Below, piece by piece: positions 14,335 through 28,186 of a stretch of DNA of 64,000 bases (the stretch's first letter is position 1; each line of letters begins with the position of its first letter). The position numbers and the translations under genes are program-made. The stretch lies in contig NC_069007.1 in the NCBI RefSeq assembly GCF_001194135.2, positions 1,264,274 to 1,328,273 of the forward strand, read 5' to 3'. Under the pieces are notes generated by a model. The model did not search any database. It was not told the DNA's origin and was given only the letters and a program-made list of their open reading frames with translations. Source of the DNA: Octopus bimaculoides (taxonomy: Eukaryota).

Positions 14335-14449
14335 TTTGTGTGTGTGTGTGCGTGTGTGCATGCCAGTGTTTCTGTACGTGTGTATTTCCGTGTATATGTA
14401 TGTTTCTATGTGCGCGTGTGTTTCTCTCTGTGTGTGTATCCGTATACTC

Positions 14450-14610
14450 TGAGTTGCAGATGTGTGGTTTAGAAGCTTCATTCCCAACCGTGAGGTCATG
14501 AGGTCAATGCCTCTAAATGACAACTTTGGTGTCTTCCACTATAGCTCCAGGTCGTGCAAAACCTTATGGGTGGATTTAGTGTATGGAAACTGAAGGAAGC
14601 CCATCATACA
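14450..14610 (+). mobile_element. SINE family A, 5' part (degenerate)
   Basis: gtgtcttccactatagctccagg...gtggatttagtgtatggaaactgaaggaagccc is the reverse complement of family A sequence at 10065-10135. Confidence 0.65.
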
Positions 14611-15574
14611 CACACAGACACACACACACACATTTTGCTTAACAAACACTGTATAAGTTTTTATGAGCTGCTAATAGTTTCATGCTATGAAAACTGCTCA
14701 GGCTGCATGTTTTAATATGTCTGGTGCATTCACGTAATCGTCAGCCTCCGCCGAAATGGCATTAGAAGAGGAACAAGATGATAGGATTAGAGAAAATGTG
14801 AGAAAAGACGAGAAGGAAGTAGATAAAAATGGCAGAATATTGAAAACACCGGGAAGTGAAACAGAAAACGGAGAAAAAAGGAAGGGGAGAATTAAAGTTA
14901 ACGCTTAATGGATAAGGGCCCAGAGTCTGCTTAGAGCCTGCCTGGTGTCTACGGACCAGCTTCTCAATCCGGAAAGAGTGATATCTTCCAATTACCCAAC
15001 AGGAACTTAGCCATATGTCTATATCCACTGAAGTTTTCAGATCTGGAATTCAGCAGTGCGCTGGAGTTCTTGGAACTGAAAAGGGTCTGTGATCGTTCAG
15101 CTACGCATAGCTTATATTTTTTTTGATCTGTTGACATGTGGTGCGGACTTTTCACCTATTTTCTACTTGATGATATGTGGTGTGGCGTTAAAATTCAAAC
15201 CTCATACGTGGCTAGATAACTTAGTGGCACTTACTGTTTTTGTCCCTGTTCCGGATGGAAGATGTGATTAGCATAGCCCGAGAAGATAACACCTTACTAT
15301 AATAGTATCGTTGTTTATATATAAATGTCGCTTTGAGTGCGAATCTTTGTCTTGATGATTTCTTTTGTCGTTTACCACGGCTTTCAAAGCAGTGTCACTT
15401 TGCTCATCACTCTGTAATTTTGTTCGGCAACAGAAGAATAAAATTATTACTAGACTGAAAAAAAAAACGTAAGTATTGGGGGCACTGTTTTCGATTAAAC
15501 CGTCAAAGGTGGTGCTCCAGAATGACCGCGGTGAAATGACTGAAACACGTAAGCGATAGACGATTATAAAATAT

Positions 15575-16012
15575 CTACAGAATGACTTCGACGTCTTTTA
15601 CAGAGTGACCGAAGAAAACCACATGAAATTCAATGCTATCAAGTTCCAAAGCTTCGCCGATAGTACTTTGGTCCAGAAATAATTGTGAGAAGAATGAATC
15701 GCTGGGAATTTTAATACGGAAAGACGGATCGCTCCATTTGCACATTAGAAAAATGGCAAAAGACGTGCAGAAGATGGGCATAATCGATCATAAGGTCATT
15801 CAAATGAAAAGTACAAGTGATCGTGCTTGATCTCTGAAAATCATTCCTTCTTAGCTATCGATAATAATGCTCCTCCAGCTACGGGGGCCGCATACTGTCA
15901 AGCTCAGCAGCGGACTGGATGCGATCCAAACAACTTATGTGAAATAATATTGATTCCATGCAGAAAATGAGATATTAGGAAAGATTGAAAGCTTTGAGGT
16001 TATATTCCCTTA
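15575..16012 (+). mobile_element. CR1-clade LINE remnant, C-terminal part of the reverse transcriptase ORF
   Basis: Hand translation gives LQNDFDVFYRVTEENHMKFNAIKFQ, LGILIRKDGSLHLHI and QKMRY*ERLKALRLYSL. These match the CR1 motifs LQxDLxxLxxWxxxxxMxFNxxK, DLGV and YxERLxxLxLxSL. Stops and frameshifts present. Confidence 0.85.
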
Positions 16013-16235
16013 GGAATTTTATGTCGAAATATTAGCTACTGAGAGAATTTATCATGCAAGGAGGCGAAGAGAAATTGTTTGATACAGAATAGTAGTGTAT
16101 AATCGTATAGTATGGATTTGTTAACTTTTAGATATTTAAGCAAGTCTATTTATCTATCTATCTGTCTATCTATATCTATCTGTCTCTCTAATTTCTCTGT
16201 ATGTTTCTCACTCTTTGTCTCTGTCTATCTATTTA

Positions 16236-16274
<39 letters not shown>

Positions 16275-16276
16275 TC

Positions 16277-16379
16277 TCTATCTATCAATCTTCTCTCTCT
16301 CTCTATCTATCAATCTTCTCTCTCTCTCTATCTATCAATCTTCTCTCTCTCTCTATCTATCAATCTTCTCTCTCTCTCT
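16277..16379. repeat. 25-bp minisatellite (tctatctatcaatcttctctctctc)n running into a gap
   Basis: At least four tandem units before the N run. Confidence 0.9.
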
Positions 16380-16632
16380 NNNNNNNNNNNNNNNNNNNNN
16401 NNNNNNNNNNNNNNNNNNNNNNNNNNNNNNNNNNNNNNNNNNNNNNNNNNNNNNNNNNNNNNNNNNNNNNNNNNNNNNNNNNNNNNNNNNNNNNNNNNNN
16501 NNNNNNNNNNNNNNNNNNNNNNNNNNNNNNNNNNNNNNNNNNNNNNNNNNNNNNNNNNNNNNNNNNNNNNNNNNNNNNNNNNNNNNNNNNNNNNNNNNNN
16601 NNNNTATATATGTATATATGCACATGTATGTG

Positions 16633-16679
<47 letters not shown>

Positions 16680-17431
16680 GTGTTTGAGTATTTGTGCCTC
16701 TGTCGCATTTCCACCGCTTGCCATCCGGTGCTGGTTTCCTTACCTCCTCGTAAACCACAGTTTGGGAAAAGAGAACTTCTACCGCTAACTATCGTATTCT
16801 CCTGATGTAGCAGCATCTTCAAATGATTGCCTTTTCTTTCCGCTCTCCACAACAGGATGCGTGGTTGTTTCGTTCAGCAACGACGCGGAACTGTAAATGT
16901 GGCTTCACGACGTCAGTTGAACAAACGGTGATTTCCGAGGCGATGTCATTGACAGGCGACTGGAAAGCTGGCAAGAAGTCGCCAACAAAGAAGGAGATTA
17001 TATTATTCACTGATTTATCGAAATTTGTGATGAGAAAAAAAGATCTCAAGCTAATACGATAGAAATTCACCTTACAATCCATTACTTGTTATTACTATTT
17101 GAATTCCGGTCACCGAAAGGTGATAAGACCAATGAATAAAGGACTTTCGGTCTTGGGTAATTATTTATGAGTCTACGACTACGTTCTTCATTGTGATCCA
17201 ACAAATTTAGGCCGGGTGTGTATAATATGAGTCAGATAATTTGATGGGTGTTGCAGACTAAAGTCACGTTTAAATGGTCTCATTTTGGATCACTTAACTC
17301 GAGATGTGCTTATCGTGTTCTGGCTGGAAAGAAATTTCGGTGGAGGAAACCAAAAGATGAGAATGTGTTCCGGCTATCAATGCTAAATTTAAAGGCTTCC
17401 TTTTAAGATAGTGTGCTTCGAATCAATGTAT

Positions 17432-17501
<70 letters not shown>

Positions 17502-17909
17502 CACATATATATATCACATATATATATATATATATATATATACGAGAGAGAGAGGCACACATATATATATATATATATATACACAAACATACAAACATAT
17601 ATATTTATATACATGTGGTAATGTGCTTATACATTTATACATGCATGCATATGTGTGTGTGCGAGCATGTGTACATATGCGTGTGTCTGCATGTATGCGT
17701 GTTTGTGCCTGGGTGCGTAGGTGCGCATATGTGTGTATCTGCATGTGTGTATGCATACGTATATGTGCGTGTGTGTGTGTGTGTATGCGTGCGCATATGT
17801 GTTTGTGTGTGCGCGCGCATAACGTGTAATCCTTAAGAATTTGGCAAGCTCTCCGATATCACACGTAGTTGTGTTAGATGTTTCTGCTGCTGGTTCTGTT
17901 TGATTTATG

Positions 17910-17958
17910 TTAGTTCCGCTTACGCAGATCCCGAGCAACTTCGATCCCTTTGATCCAC
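17910..17958 (-). CDS. Candidate terminal coding exon 6 (RWIKGIEVARDLRKRN*)
   Basis: Acceptor ctgtccaataggattttctcag|G. The phase 2 start completes an AGG codon from exon 5; TAA stop at 17912-17910. Confidence 0.6.
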
Positions 17959-18885
17959 CTGAGAAAATCCTATTGGACAGAGTGAGCAATTACTTAAACT
18001 TGTGTTGTGGAATAATGGAACTGCACTTAAAAGAGACCCTTCCCAAACGCAGGCCCTGGGTATCATTTTGTTCATAGAAGACGATTAGTTGTATGTCTAT
18101 GCTACAGTGCCCTCTCTACCATATGTATTACCCCAAGAAATCAAATGCTAGAAGAGATACCGCAAAGCACCCCGTCCCCTTATCTAACACCTCTTGCGCC
18201 TGCTGACACGTTAGTTTTTGAACTTCGAAATCGAGAAAGCAACACATACCAAGGTAAGATTTGACCTCAAAACTCAGAAACCCCGGATAAATACAAAAGT
18301 TTTTCTGTTTACCATTTTAACGAAACTAAACTCATTCACCACTTTAGCACATCTTTATACATGAATGTCTACATTTAATTAAATTCCATATCGAAAGCGG
18401 AGCGTTAAGGGCATTTCGGGAGATATGAAATCAAAGTATCTAAAATGAAAATTCAATAGATATTTTTTACTAGCAGGGCGGGGGAAAGGGAAAATGCATA
18501 TGGTCTTCACAGGCCCTAATGCATTGCTGAGATTAATGCTATGAATGTTCTTATACCACCGTTGTAAGTGAGCATTTCAGGGAAAAACTTCAACAGAAAA
18601 ATATCTTTCAGAGTGTCGACCTTCTGGCATGAAAAGCCTGGGTACAACGCTTAGTGACGGGCATGGTTAAGTCAGACACGACAATGAAGATGGTAGGCTA
18701 ATTAACAAACTGAACAGGAGAACATGAGTGGGGGTGGCAAGGGGCCCAGCCATCTCTGAGAAGCAAAGCGTTTCATAGTAGATGTAGTAATGGACGTGTA
18801 GTAATGAATCGAAATGTGCAGCAGCAGCAACAGCGATAACATCACCGTTCCACAAGCTAACTTCACATAACATTTGTTAAGTTAC

Positions 18886-18949
18886 CTGAAGCAAAATGGG
18901 GCGGTGGGGTATTCAAATTTCAACAAGTACGTGAGATTTGCGTGTGTCG
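18886..18949 (-). CDS. Candidate coding exon 5 (STHANLTYLLKFEYPTAPFCF)
   Basis: Acceptor aaatttcattag|, donor CAG|GTAACT; 64 nt, phase 1 to phase 2, open and in register with exons 4 and 6. Confidence 0.6.
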
Positions 18950-20539
18950 CTAATGAAATTTATGAGTTCATACGGAGACATTAACCTACAACACATTGAA
19001 ATGTGTTTTATGTTCCACAATAAAGCGTCTAAAATAGAAACGTCTCATTTCTTTCTTCCTTCTCGACTTTAGTACCTATTCTGTCCCTTTATGTTTTTCG
19101 CTTGAGGGAAATTTCGCCGCTATTTCTTACAATTCACTGAATGACGTCAGTGACCTGCCTCAATGCCTTATATTAATGTCAGATATGTTTACTAAATCTA
19201 CCACCGGGTAGCATCTCCTTGCATATCATATTATCAGAAGGGATATAATCGTGCGAGGAAGGATTATTATGGTTCTGCGACTAGAAATAGATATCATACT
19301 CTATTGCCTGAAATAGGAAGAGGACACATGAAGAATTAAAAGTATTTTAACCAGAATCATACGGATTTTACAGACAAAAAATGTAGTAGTTGTTATTCCA
19401 ACGATGTAGTTGTTGTTATTGTTTATTTAACCATTAATTATCTCAGATTCTGTGAAAACACGTGATATGCTCGATCACATTTCCGACTCAAGGACCGTGC
19501 GGTGCTTTACGTTGTCGAACAAGCAATTTATTTTATGTTGCTCCAATTCATCCAGCTGTAAATGAATTCAAGCAATTGCAGGGAAGTTACCCCTTCGAGG
19601 GACTGGCTTTCCATCCACTGGGACTTGTAGTAGTTACGGTAATTTACACGTCATGGAAGCCTGGTTAAACACGAACCTGATGAGTCCTAAGGGTCTATTT
19701 CTGTTTCCATATTTCTACGTTCAAAAGCATTCCATTCATTGACAACCCCATCTTCTGTCTCCGACAACCATGTGTAACATGATTAAATTTCTTCCCATTA
19801 TTTGAAAGTCGAACGAAGAAAGATATCTCTTGTGATATTGTTATTTAGCTGGTATTTCTAACGTATCTCGCGACCAGAAGAAGCTACCTAACTGTCGAGA
19901 CCAGAACAATCGTTTATCGTGACTCATGCACGCAACACATTCGACTGCAGCTGGTCTATGACAAATGATTGCCGAAAGTAATTCTTGTTAGAATGCTAGA
20001 ATACATTTTCGGATCATTCTTCGAAATTAACTTCTGCACGTACAGTTGCAAAAATCTCTAACTCGTCTTACACTGTCACAGCTTGTGATGTGTGGATTGG
20101 GAATTTAAAATATAAACTAAAACTTCCTACGCTTCACATATACACCCACACACATAGATATGTCTGTGAATTTGTAGAACCATATAGCCATGTATACATG
20201 TGTGCTGGAACCGAAGATAATATATATTGCTCGAATTTCTACATTCAAACATCTGCGCGTATCTTCTAGAGGATGACATCAAAATTTTCAACGTTTTGAT
20301 ATATGTATTTGTTCGTGAGTCAATAATATACACTTACATACATACATAAATATGTACATATATATATATGTATGCATAAATGAACGCATACATATATACA
20401 CTCAGACACGCTCACAACAGTATGTTGATATCGTAGTATTCATGCTTGAGAGAATAATACATACATTTATACATACACACATACATATATTAAGTACACA
20501 TGTGTATAGTTATTTGTGTATCTGTTTTGTGTGCTCGTA

Positions 20540-20570
<31 letters not shown>

Positions 20571-23368
20571 NNNNNNNNNNNNNNNNNNNNNNNNNNNNNN
20601 NNNNNNNNNNNNNNNNNNNNNNNNNNNNNNNNNNNNNNNNNNNNNNNNNNNNNNNNNNNNNNNNNNNNNNNNNNNNNNNNNNNNNNNNNNNNNNNNNNNN
20701 NNNNNNNNNNNNNNNNNNNNNNNNNNNNNNNNNNNNNNNNNNNNNNNNNNNNNNNNNNNNNNNNNNNNNNNNNNNNNNNNNNNNNNNNNNNNNNNNNNNN
20801 NNNNNNNNNNNNNNNNNNNNNNNNNNNNNNNNNNNNNNNNNNNNNNNNNNNNNNNNNNNNNNNNNNNNNNNNNNNNNNNNNNNNNNNNNNNNNNNNNNNN
20901 NNNNNNNNNNNNNNNNNNNNNNNNNNNNNNNNNNNNNNNNNNNNNNNNNNNNNNNNNNNNNNNNNNNNNNNNNNNNNNNNNNNNNNNNNNNNNNNNNNNN
21001 NNNNNNNNNNNNNNNNNNNNNNNNNNNNNNNNNNNNNNNNNNNNNNNNNNNNNNNNNNNNNNNNNNNNNNNNNNNNNNNNNNNNNNNNNNNNNNNNNNNN
21101 NNNNNNNNNNNNNNNNNNNNNNNNNNNNNNNNNNNNNNNNNNNNNNNNNNNNNNNNNNNNNNNNNNNNNNNNNNNNNNNNNNNNNNNNNNNNNNNNNNNN
21201 NNNNNNNNNNNNNNNNNNNNNNNNNNNNNNNNNNNNNNNNNNNNNNNNNNNNNNNNNNNNNNNNNNNNNNNNNNNNNNNNNNNNNNNNNNNNNNNNNNNN
21301 NNNTATATATAGGGAATTTAATATATGTATATATATATTTATATATATGTGTGTGTGTGTGTGTGTATATATATAGCGAGAGAGAGAGAGAGAGTGAGAG
21401 AGATAGGGAATGGTATGAATCCATTCGGTGGCAATAATTTCTCTGCTATTTTGAGTTACAAATTCTTCTAATGCTATCTATTATGACACATTTTCTTCGA
21501 ACATTTACGATCTCTGATAACGTAATATGTCTGTAGAGGATTCAAGAAACGCAGCAAAATATTTTGGCAGGGAACACATCAATTCTCGCCATCTTGTATA
21601 ATTCCATTAACATGAAAAATCCTCTTATTATTATTATGTCGTACGAGAGATCAATTTCATGTTATCCTTTCGAGGTCGATAAATTAAGTACCACTGAATC
21701 ACTGGGCTGATGAAATTGACCATTTCCAGGTTATTGTTACTATTTATTGAAGTTTTTGTATGCATGCTCCAATAAGTTCATTCCTTCACGTATATTATTA
21801 TGAGAGCGCGAGAGACAGACAGACAGACAGAGAGAGACAGAGGAGAGATGCGTAGAAAGGTGGGGATAGATGAGAGAGAGAAGTGGGTGTTAGATACCAG
21901 TGCCAGTATGAGTTCTACTTAATAATTGGAATTGCTTCGGTGGGATTTGAAATCAGAGTAGAAGCTTTGTGCACAATACAACAACGTCACGTTTCAACGC
22001 CACAGTGCGCTTGGCTGCTTTCAAAAACCAACTTGAAACATGTATATGTGGTGCCGTGGACAAAACTAAGTGCAGATCAGCTGGATAAGAAAAGTTCGTG
22101 TTGTATTTGTTGCTGTCTAATTTACAATTGATTTTAAAGGATCATTTAAGAGAGACTTGAATGGAACACATGCCTTGTAAGGGTGTTTGTGAGCAGGTAT
22201 GTAGCTTCGTTGTGGAAGGACATATACATATATGAGAATATAAAACTACGTATCAAAATGGTAAGTCCCATACATATACACACAGATACGCATGTCTTCC
22301 CAGAATGCACGCAGTTATTACAAGGGAGATAATCATTTCTTTATAAGATTCTAAGTGATTAGGAATGTGAAAAAGAAATTAAGAAATTATAAAGGAAAAA
22401 AAAAACGAATAGAATTCTCTAATGAATTATCTATTACTTATTAAGTATTTAATTACTTGTTACTATATGCAAAACTTTAAAATTTCTAGTTGATGGTAGT
22501 TATGTACACAGGTATTTCATTCCATTTAGAAATTGGCAGCATGATATAAGCAGCGAATACGACATGATAGCCAGTCAATGCTCTATATACGTTAAGTAGG
22601 TCACTCATGGCGCATAATATTTAACATCGTTTCAATTGTGCACACGGGAAACCTAACCCTAAATATGCAACACTCATGCGTTGTATGAGTGTGGTAAATT
22701 TCGGTAAGTCGTGGTACAAACAAACAACAGATTTTATCATAAATTACTGCGTTTTAGCCTCGGGAAATTTCTTCTTATTTCAGTTGGACACTTTTGGAAA
22801 TGAAATCACATATATTTACATCTTAAACCCCATCTATTCCTTATTATCGCTCTTGTATCAGGAATTTTATATATAAATAAATATATATATATANNNNNNN
22901 NNNNNNNNNNNNNNNNNNNNNNNNNNNNNNNNNNNNNNNNNNNNNNNNNNNNNNNNNNNNNNNNNNNNNNNNNNNNNNNNNNNNNNNNNNNNNNNNNNNN
23001 NNNNNNNNNNNNNNNNNNNNNNNNNNNNNNNNNNNNNNNNNNNNNNNNNNNNNNNNNNNNNNNNNNNNNNNNNNNNNNNNNNNNNNNNNNNNNNNNNNNN
23101 NNNNNNNNNNNNNNNNNNNNNNNNNNNNNNNNNNNNNNNNNNNNNNNNNNNNNNNNNNNNNNNNNNNNNNNNNNNNNNNNNNNNNNNNNNNNNNNNNNNN
23201 NNNNNNNNNNNNNNNNNNNNNNNNNNNNNNNNNNNNNNNNNNNNNNNNNNNNNNNNNNNNNNNNNNNNNNNNNNNNNNNNNNNNNNNNNNNNNNNNNNNN
23301 NNNNNNNNNNNNNNNNNNNNNNNNNNNNNNNNNNNNNNNNNNNNNNNNNNNNNNNNNNNNNNNNNNNN

Positions 23369-23401
<33 letters not shown>

Positions 23402-23654
23402 CACAGAGACAGACATACACATGCGCACACGCCCACACATATATATGAATGTATATATATGTACGTTATAGCTTTTTATACGAATATTGCTTCAACGCGC
23501 ACTGACATGTTCTCTTAATGCTTCAGCCCCTACAGTGTGGCCCAGGTTTGAGGAAAGGAGTTTCAATATATTGCTCATTTTGTTTATAAATTGTGATATT
23601 TTAGTAGGTAAGTTATAGAAAAAGGATATGAGATTTATTTCTCCAAAATGTTAA

Positions 23655-24585
23655 AGATGACATGACATCCTTTAAATGTCATCCGTTTTCTAATTCGCAT
23701 AAACGTGCTCCATCCTAGGCGTTTTCCATAACAGCCTTCCACGTTTGTGGCTCCAGTGATCTAATTTCTGTTGTAATGTTATTTTTAAGATCTGCAATTG
23801 TTTAAGTCATGTTGAGAATCTTTCCCCCTAAGATAGCCCCTTGGAAAGTCTGGAGCGGGTTAGTTCTGAAAATCGTGAAATTAATTTTCTATCAAAACTT
23901 TTCCTCAACATTTCATTTGTTTTCCTTGCTGCGAGAGTCGTGGCTCCATCCTGCTGGAACCACTGCCAGGCATTTCTTGAAGCGTCGGACGCAAGAAATT
24001 CATCTCAAGTGACAGTAAAAGCGTCTCCATCCTCATTTTCGAAGAAATAAGGTCTTATGACTTTTCCTGAGCTCATCCCACAGTAGACCCTAAAATGAAT
24101 GGGATGCAGATCTGTTTGATGTATTGCCGTAGGAATACCTGAACTCTGAATCCTGCAGTTTTGTTTATCAATAAATCCATTCAATTAAAAATGGGCGTCA
24201 TCTGACAAAATCAACTTATGAAAAAATTCTGGATTTTCTGTTACTAATTCTTGGAATCTTGTGGCATTTTGTATCTTAGCCACATAATATAGTTCTTTCA
24301 GCTGCTGTTCCAATCGGATTTTATACGGAAAAAGATCCATTGTTTTTAAAATTCGTTCTAGCGATATCCTGCAGTCGCCAACTTGACCAGAGCGCGTTGC
24401 AAACTTGTCAGGCTTTCCCAGTAGCTGAATTAACGGTTTCTCTAAACGCATATATATATTTAGCACATTTCGGGTCTTCTTCAATACTCTCCCTTACACA
24501 CCTGGCCGTGGCTTCGTTTCCAACGGAGCGGTGTTTGCCTATTCTTGGAAGGTCACTTACTTGATCCTCAAAACGACAACTTAGT
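23655..24585 (-). mobile_element. Tc1/mariner-superfamily transposase pseudogene (resembles rosa/DD41D-type elements)
   Basis: Minus-strand motifs in order: DLPRIGKHRSV...VRESIEEDP (HTH region), DLFPYKIRLEQQL, LILSDDAHF*LNGFIDKQNCR, RPYFFENEDG, WFQQDGAT, GYL, DLKNNITTEI...CELENG*HLKDV. It has stops, frameshifts and internal deletions. Confidence 0.9.
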
Positions 24586-25560
24586 CGCTTGACTATGTGA
24601 ATATATTTCTCTATGTGTCTGCACGCATATGTTGGTGTGTGTGTGTGTTTATATATATATATATACACATATATATAAGTGAACTATAGATTAGAACCAC
24701 TAAGCAGTGTCTTATGTGAATAGAAACTCGTTACAGGTTCAGGCATGTTTGTGTAATTTTCCGGAAAAATAAGGAAGTAATTGACTGCATTTTGTGGTGA
24801 AGAAAAATTCATGCTTTATAAAAAACTCACTTAGAAGCAAATCTCGAGCGACTGCAATGCAAGCTATCTCCAATAATTCTCAAGCTAAATCACCTTGACT
24901 GGTGGCCCCAACTGGTTTCCCGGCCGTAGTAAAATACTGGATAGAAGCGCCACCATTAACAATGTTTTCAATGGAGTCTAAGAGAGACCTAATGTCGTAG
25001 TCAGTTCAGAGTTGCCTTTTTCCGGTATTCTCTGCTGACGAGAGGCTACTTTGAAATGCGCGCATCATTCGATCTGCATACAGTGCTCTCCAAATTGCCG
25101 TGATATTTCCAACATTTTGGCGAAAGATAGAAACTTTCTCCATACAGTGTACAAAATGCAGTGTACGGTTTTTTCTATCGGGTTTTAATATATCTAAAAC
25201 ATATTTGAACTTGCAACAATTTTATGTTTACCATATATATAAATCACACAATTGTATTTGTTTCACGTGATAGAAATAATATATCTGTTGTACCTTCAGT
25301 AGATTTTTGTCTTGGAGGTCATTCCATAGTTAATGCAATATATATAAACTACGATTAACAGTGCAAGATTTTGGATAATTTAAGGTTGTGATTTGGCAGC
25401 TGTTTTGCGATAGTACGATTCTTCGTATAATGAATTTACGAGTGTGTGTGTGTAAGCGTGTGTGTGTGAGCGCGCACGTGTATGTCCGTGTGTTTATATA
25501 CGCAAATATACGTACATATACGCAGGTATATATGTATCTGCATGTATATATGGATGTGTG

Positions 25561-25630
<70 letters not shown>

Positions 25631-25718
25631 TATATATTTGTACACATATATGTGTGTATGTTTGTGTGTGCGTACGAGTGCATGTGAGTGCTCGAACACA
25701 AAAGTACAATTTGCTTAC

Positions 25719-25772
25719 ACATGTCAACAGAGGTGTAACAATAAATGCCATGGAAATCTGTTTGTGTATCAC
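25719..25772 (-). CDS. Candidate coding exon 4 (GDTQTDFHGIYCYTSVDM)
   Basis: Acceptor ctctctcatatattccag|, donor TGT|GTAAGC; 54 nt, phase 1-1, open. Confidence 0.55.
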
Positions 25773-27251
25773 CTGGAATATATGAGAGAGTACTGGAAAC
25801 TGCAGTCAATAAAAATATGCAGAGATAGTTAAATTAAGTTGGAAATAAAAACAGGACATACGGAAGAATCATTGAATCAAGGTATATAAAGGTGAGATTT
25901 TTAACATAAACAGGTAAATATTTAGTTATTGCTTTACATGGATATATAGGAGTGAAACTTTAAAGCTTTCGAATACATATACACATAGACACGCACATAC
26001 AGGCACATACACACAATCATATATATATTTTCCTTTAGTCACCGACTAAATGAAACATATAGGTGATAGAATGGCCTGGTTGCTGCTGTTAATGTTTTTA
26101 TCTTCCTCTTTCTGTGTTTGGTGTTTGGTGAGTCATGGTCTTTCGTACTACTGCTGCTATTCACTCCGATGGTTGTCCTGCTGTGAAGTAGGTTCGTCGC
26201 TGATTTTGAAAATGCTTAGATCATTTAAGTGTCATTTAAATGCGTTGACATCCTTTGTACGTAAAAACCCTCTTGTTCCTCATCACGATATTAAATAACA
26301 GTACGCTTCGAATCGAGAAGTGATGGTGTGTCTGTTATTTCGGCATTGATCATTGAATTCCAAAGCATACATTTACACACACACGCGCGACTAGCCTACA
26401 GCAAAATATGACCGAATTTGTCTTCTTGGGAATGGAAAGCAACTTTTCAACTGATACGCGACATCACGATGTCTGGAACAAAATTAATGTACGAGACCTT
26501 AAGATAATGAACCGAATCAAACGCTTTTCTTCAAAATCTTTAATTGAAATGAGAGAAAGAAGACATCAGTTTTTACATACATACATACGCAAACACACAC
26601 ACACACACTCATATTTAAACATACATATCTTCACAAGACTCTTTAAGAAGGGACAATTTCATCCATGATAATTCACATATCACTAGACCAAACTAGGCTG
26701 TTCGAAAGGAGGCAGCTTTTCTACCGTTTTCCTCAAACGTGTGGTCAACAGTTACTGAGCTGAATATCGACTTTGGACGAATGCACGCACAATTGCTGAG
26801 CTACAGTTGAAGTAACAATTTATTAAATTATGTGCTATATCAGAAAGTATTGAACTTCAAGAGCAAATAGTGTCCGAGGGGTGGGGCATAGAAGAAATTC
26901 CGCCAAACCTAAAACTAAATCAATATGCATATGTTTCTAATAAGAAAATGCTTATGATCAAAGTCAAATTAAGAATCACCTTACGTAATAAGATATGATG
27001 ATGGGTTCTCTCGTCGTGAACGAGAGATGGCCGTTCAGTAAAAGAAAGAAGTTATGTTCCGTAGACAAGCATGTGTTTCTCGGGGGCCTATCGGCGCCTT
27101 GCAGACCTTTTGGCAAATGGAACAAGTTCATGAGTCAGTCTGCTGAAGTGCTTGTGGATAATTTAGTACGAGTTTTGAGTAAAGGCCAGGTCTGCTTGGT
27201 TCCGTGCCGCAAAACCACAATGACAGGTTAGGTTTTTATTTAGAAGAGTAG

Positions 27252-27306
<55 letters not shown>

Positions 27307-28003
27307 GTGTCTATATATGTATTTATATGCGTCCTGGTAGTGTATGTACGTATGAGTGTATGTATGTATGTGTATACATACATGAAGGCTATCTAAACGA
27401 TGAGATTTAGTTATGGTAATTTGTGGGGAGAAATTTACAAGAGGCATTTACATTTGTTTACTTCCTACGACTAGGAAGTCGTTATAAATTGTATTAATTT
27501 TACATTACATACGCTCTTGGTACTTAAAATGTCTAAGGAATATTTATTCACGCCGTCAACAAATGTACGATATGCAAATTAGTTTAGTCATTTTATTTAC
27601 TTCCTTGTTTGTGTCTGTTTACTTTCTGCATTTGAGATTAGGCGTAATAAAGTGTAGTCAAAACTACAATATACACACATGCACACATATATAAGTATAT
27701 ACAAGAAGACACAAAGAAATTGTGAGAGAGAAAGAGAGAGAGAAATAGATAAATATAATTATATTTCGACAAATCGGATTCTTTCTTTTCTACCTAAAGG
27801 TTTCAAGTAATTGACGCTAATTAAGCGTTATCAACGTCGAGCCAAAATGCTTATACATATACACACACATACATACATATATATACACACATATATACAA
27901 ACATACATGTATATATTTATACGCACGTACGTACATACATATGTGTATATATATATATACACATATACAAACATAAATGTATATATATACATANNNNNNN
28001 NNN

Positions 28004-28062
<59 letters not shown>

Positions 28063-28152
28063 TGTGTATATACATGCTTACACACACGCAATATATATGA
28101 ATATATATATATTATTTGAAACAATTTGATTCTGCTGTATACATATATGTGG

Positions 28153-28186
<34 letters not shown>

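Noticed and set aside
19678-19700. ctgatgagtcctaagggtc
   Set aside because: No GAAA and a poor stem II; it sits at the tail of a degenerate SINE-like repeat.
19700-20100. Possible CR1 3' remnant on the minus strand (VVNEWNA)
   Set aside because: Only one short motif is recognisable.
22140-22266. Plus-strand donors CAG|GTATGT and ATG|GTAAGT
   Set aside because: The upstream frames are closed or very short, and there is no supporting exon chain.
24830-24985. Minus-strand frame with one in-frame TGA ending at a GTGAGT donor (possible selenocysteine exon)
   Set aside because: No convincing acceptor, no SECIS identified and no selenoprotein motif.
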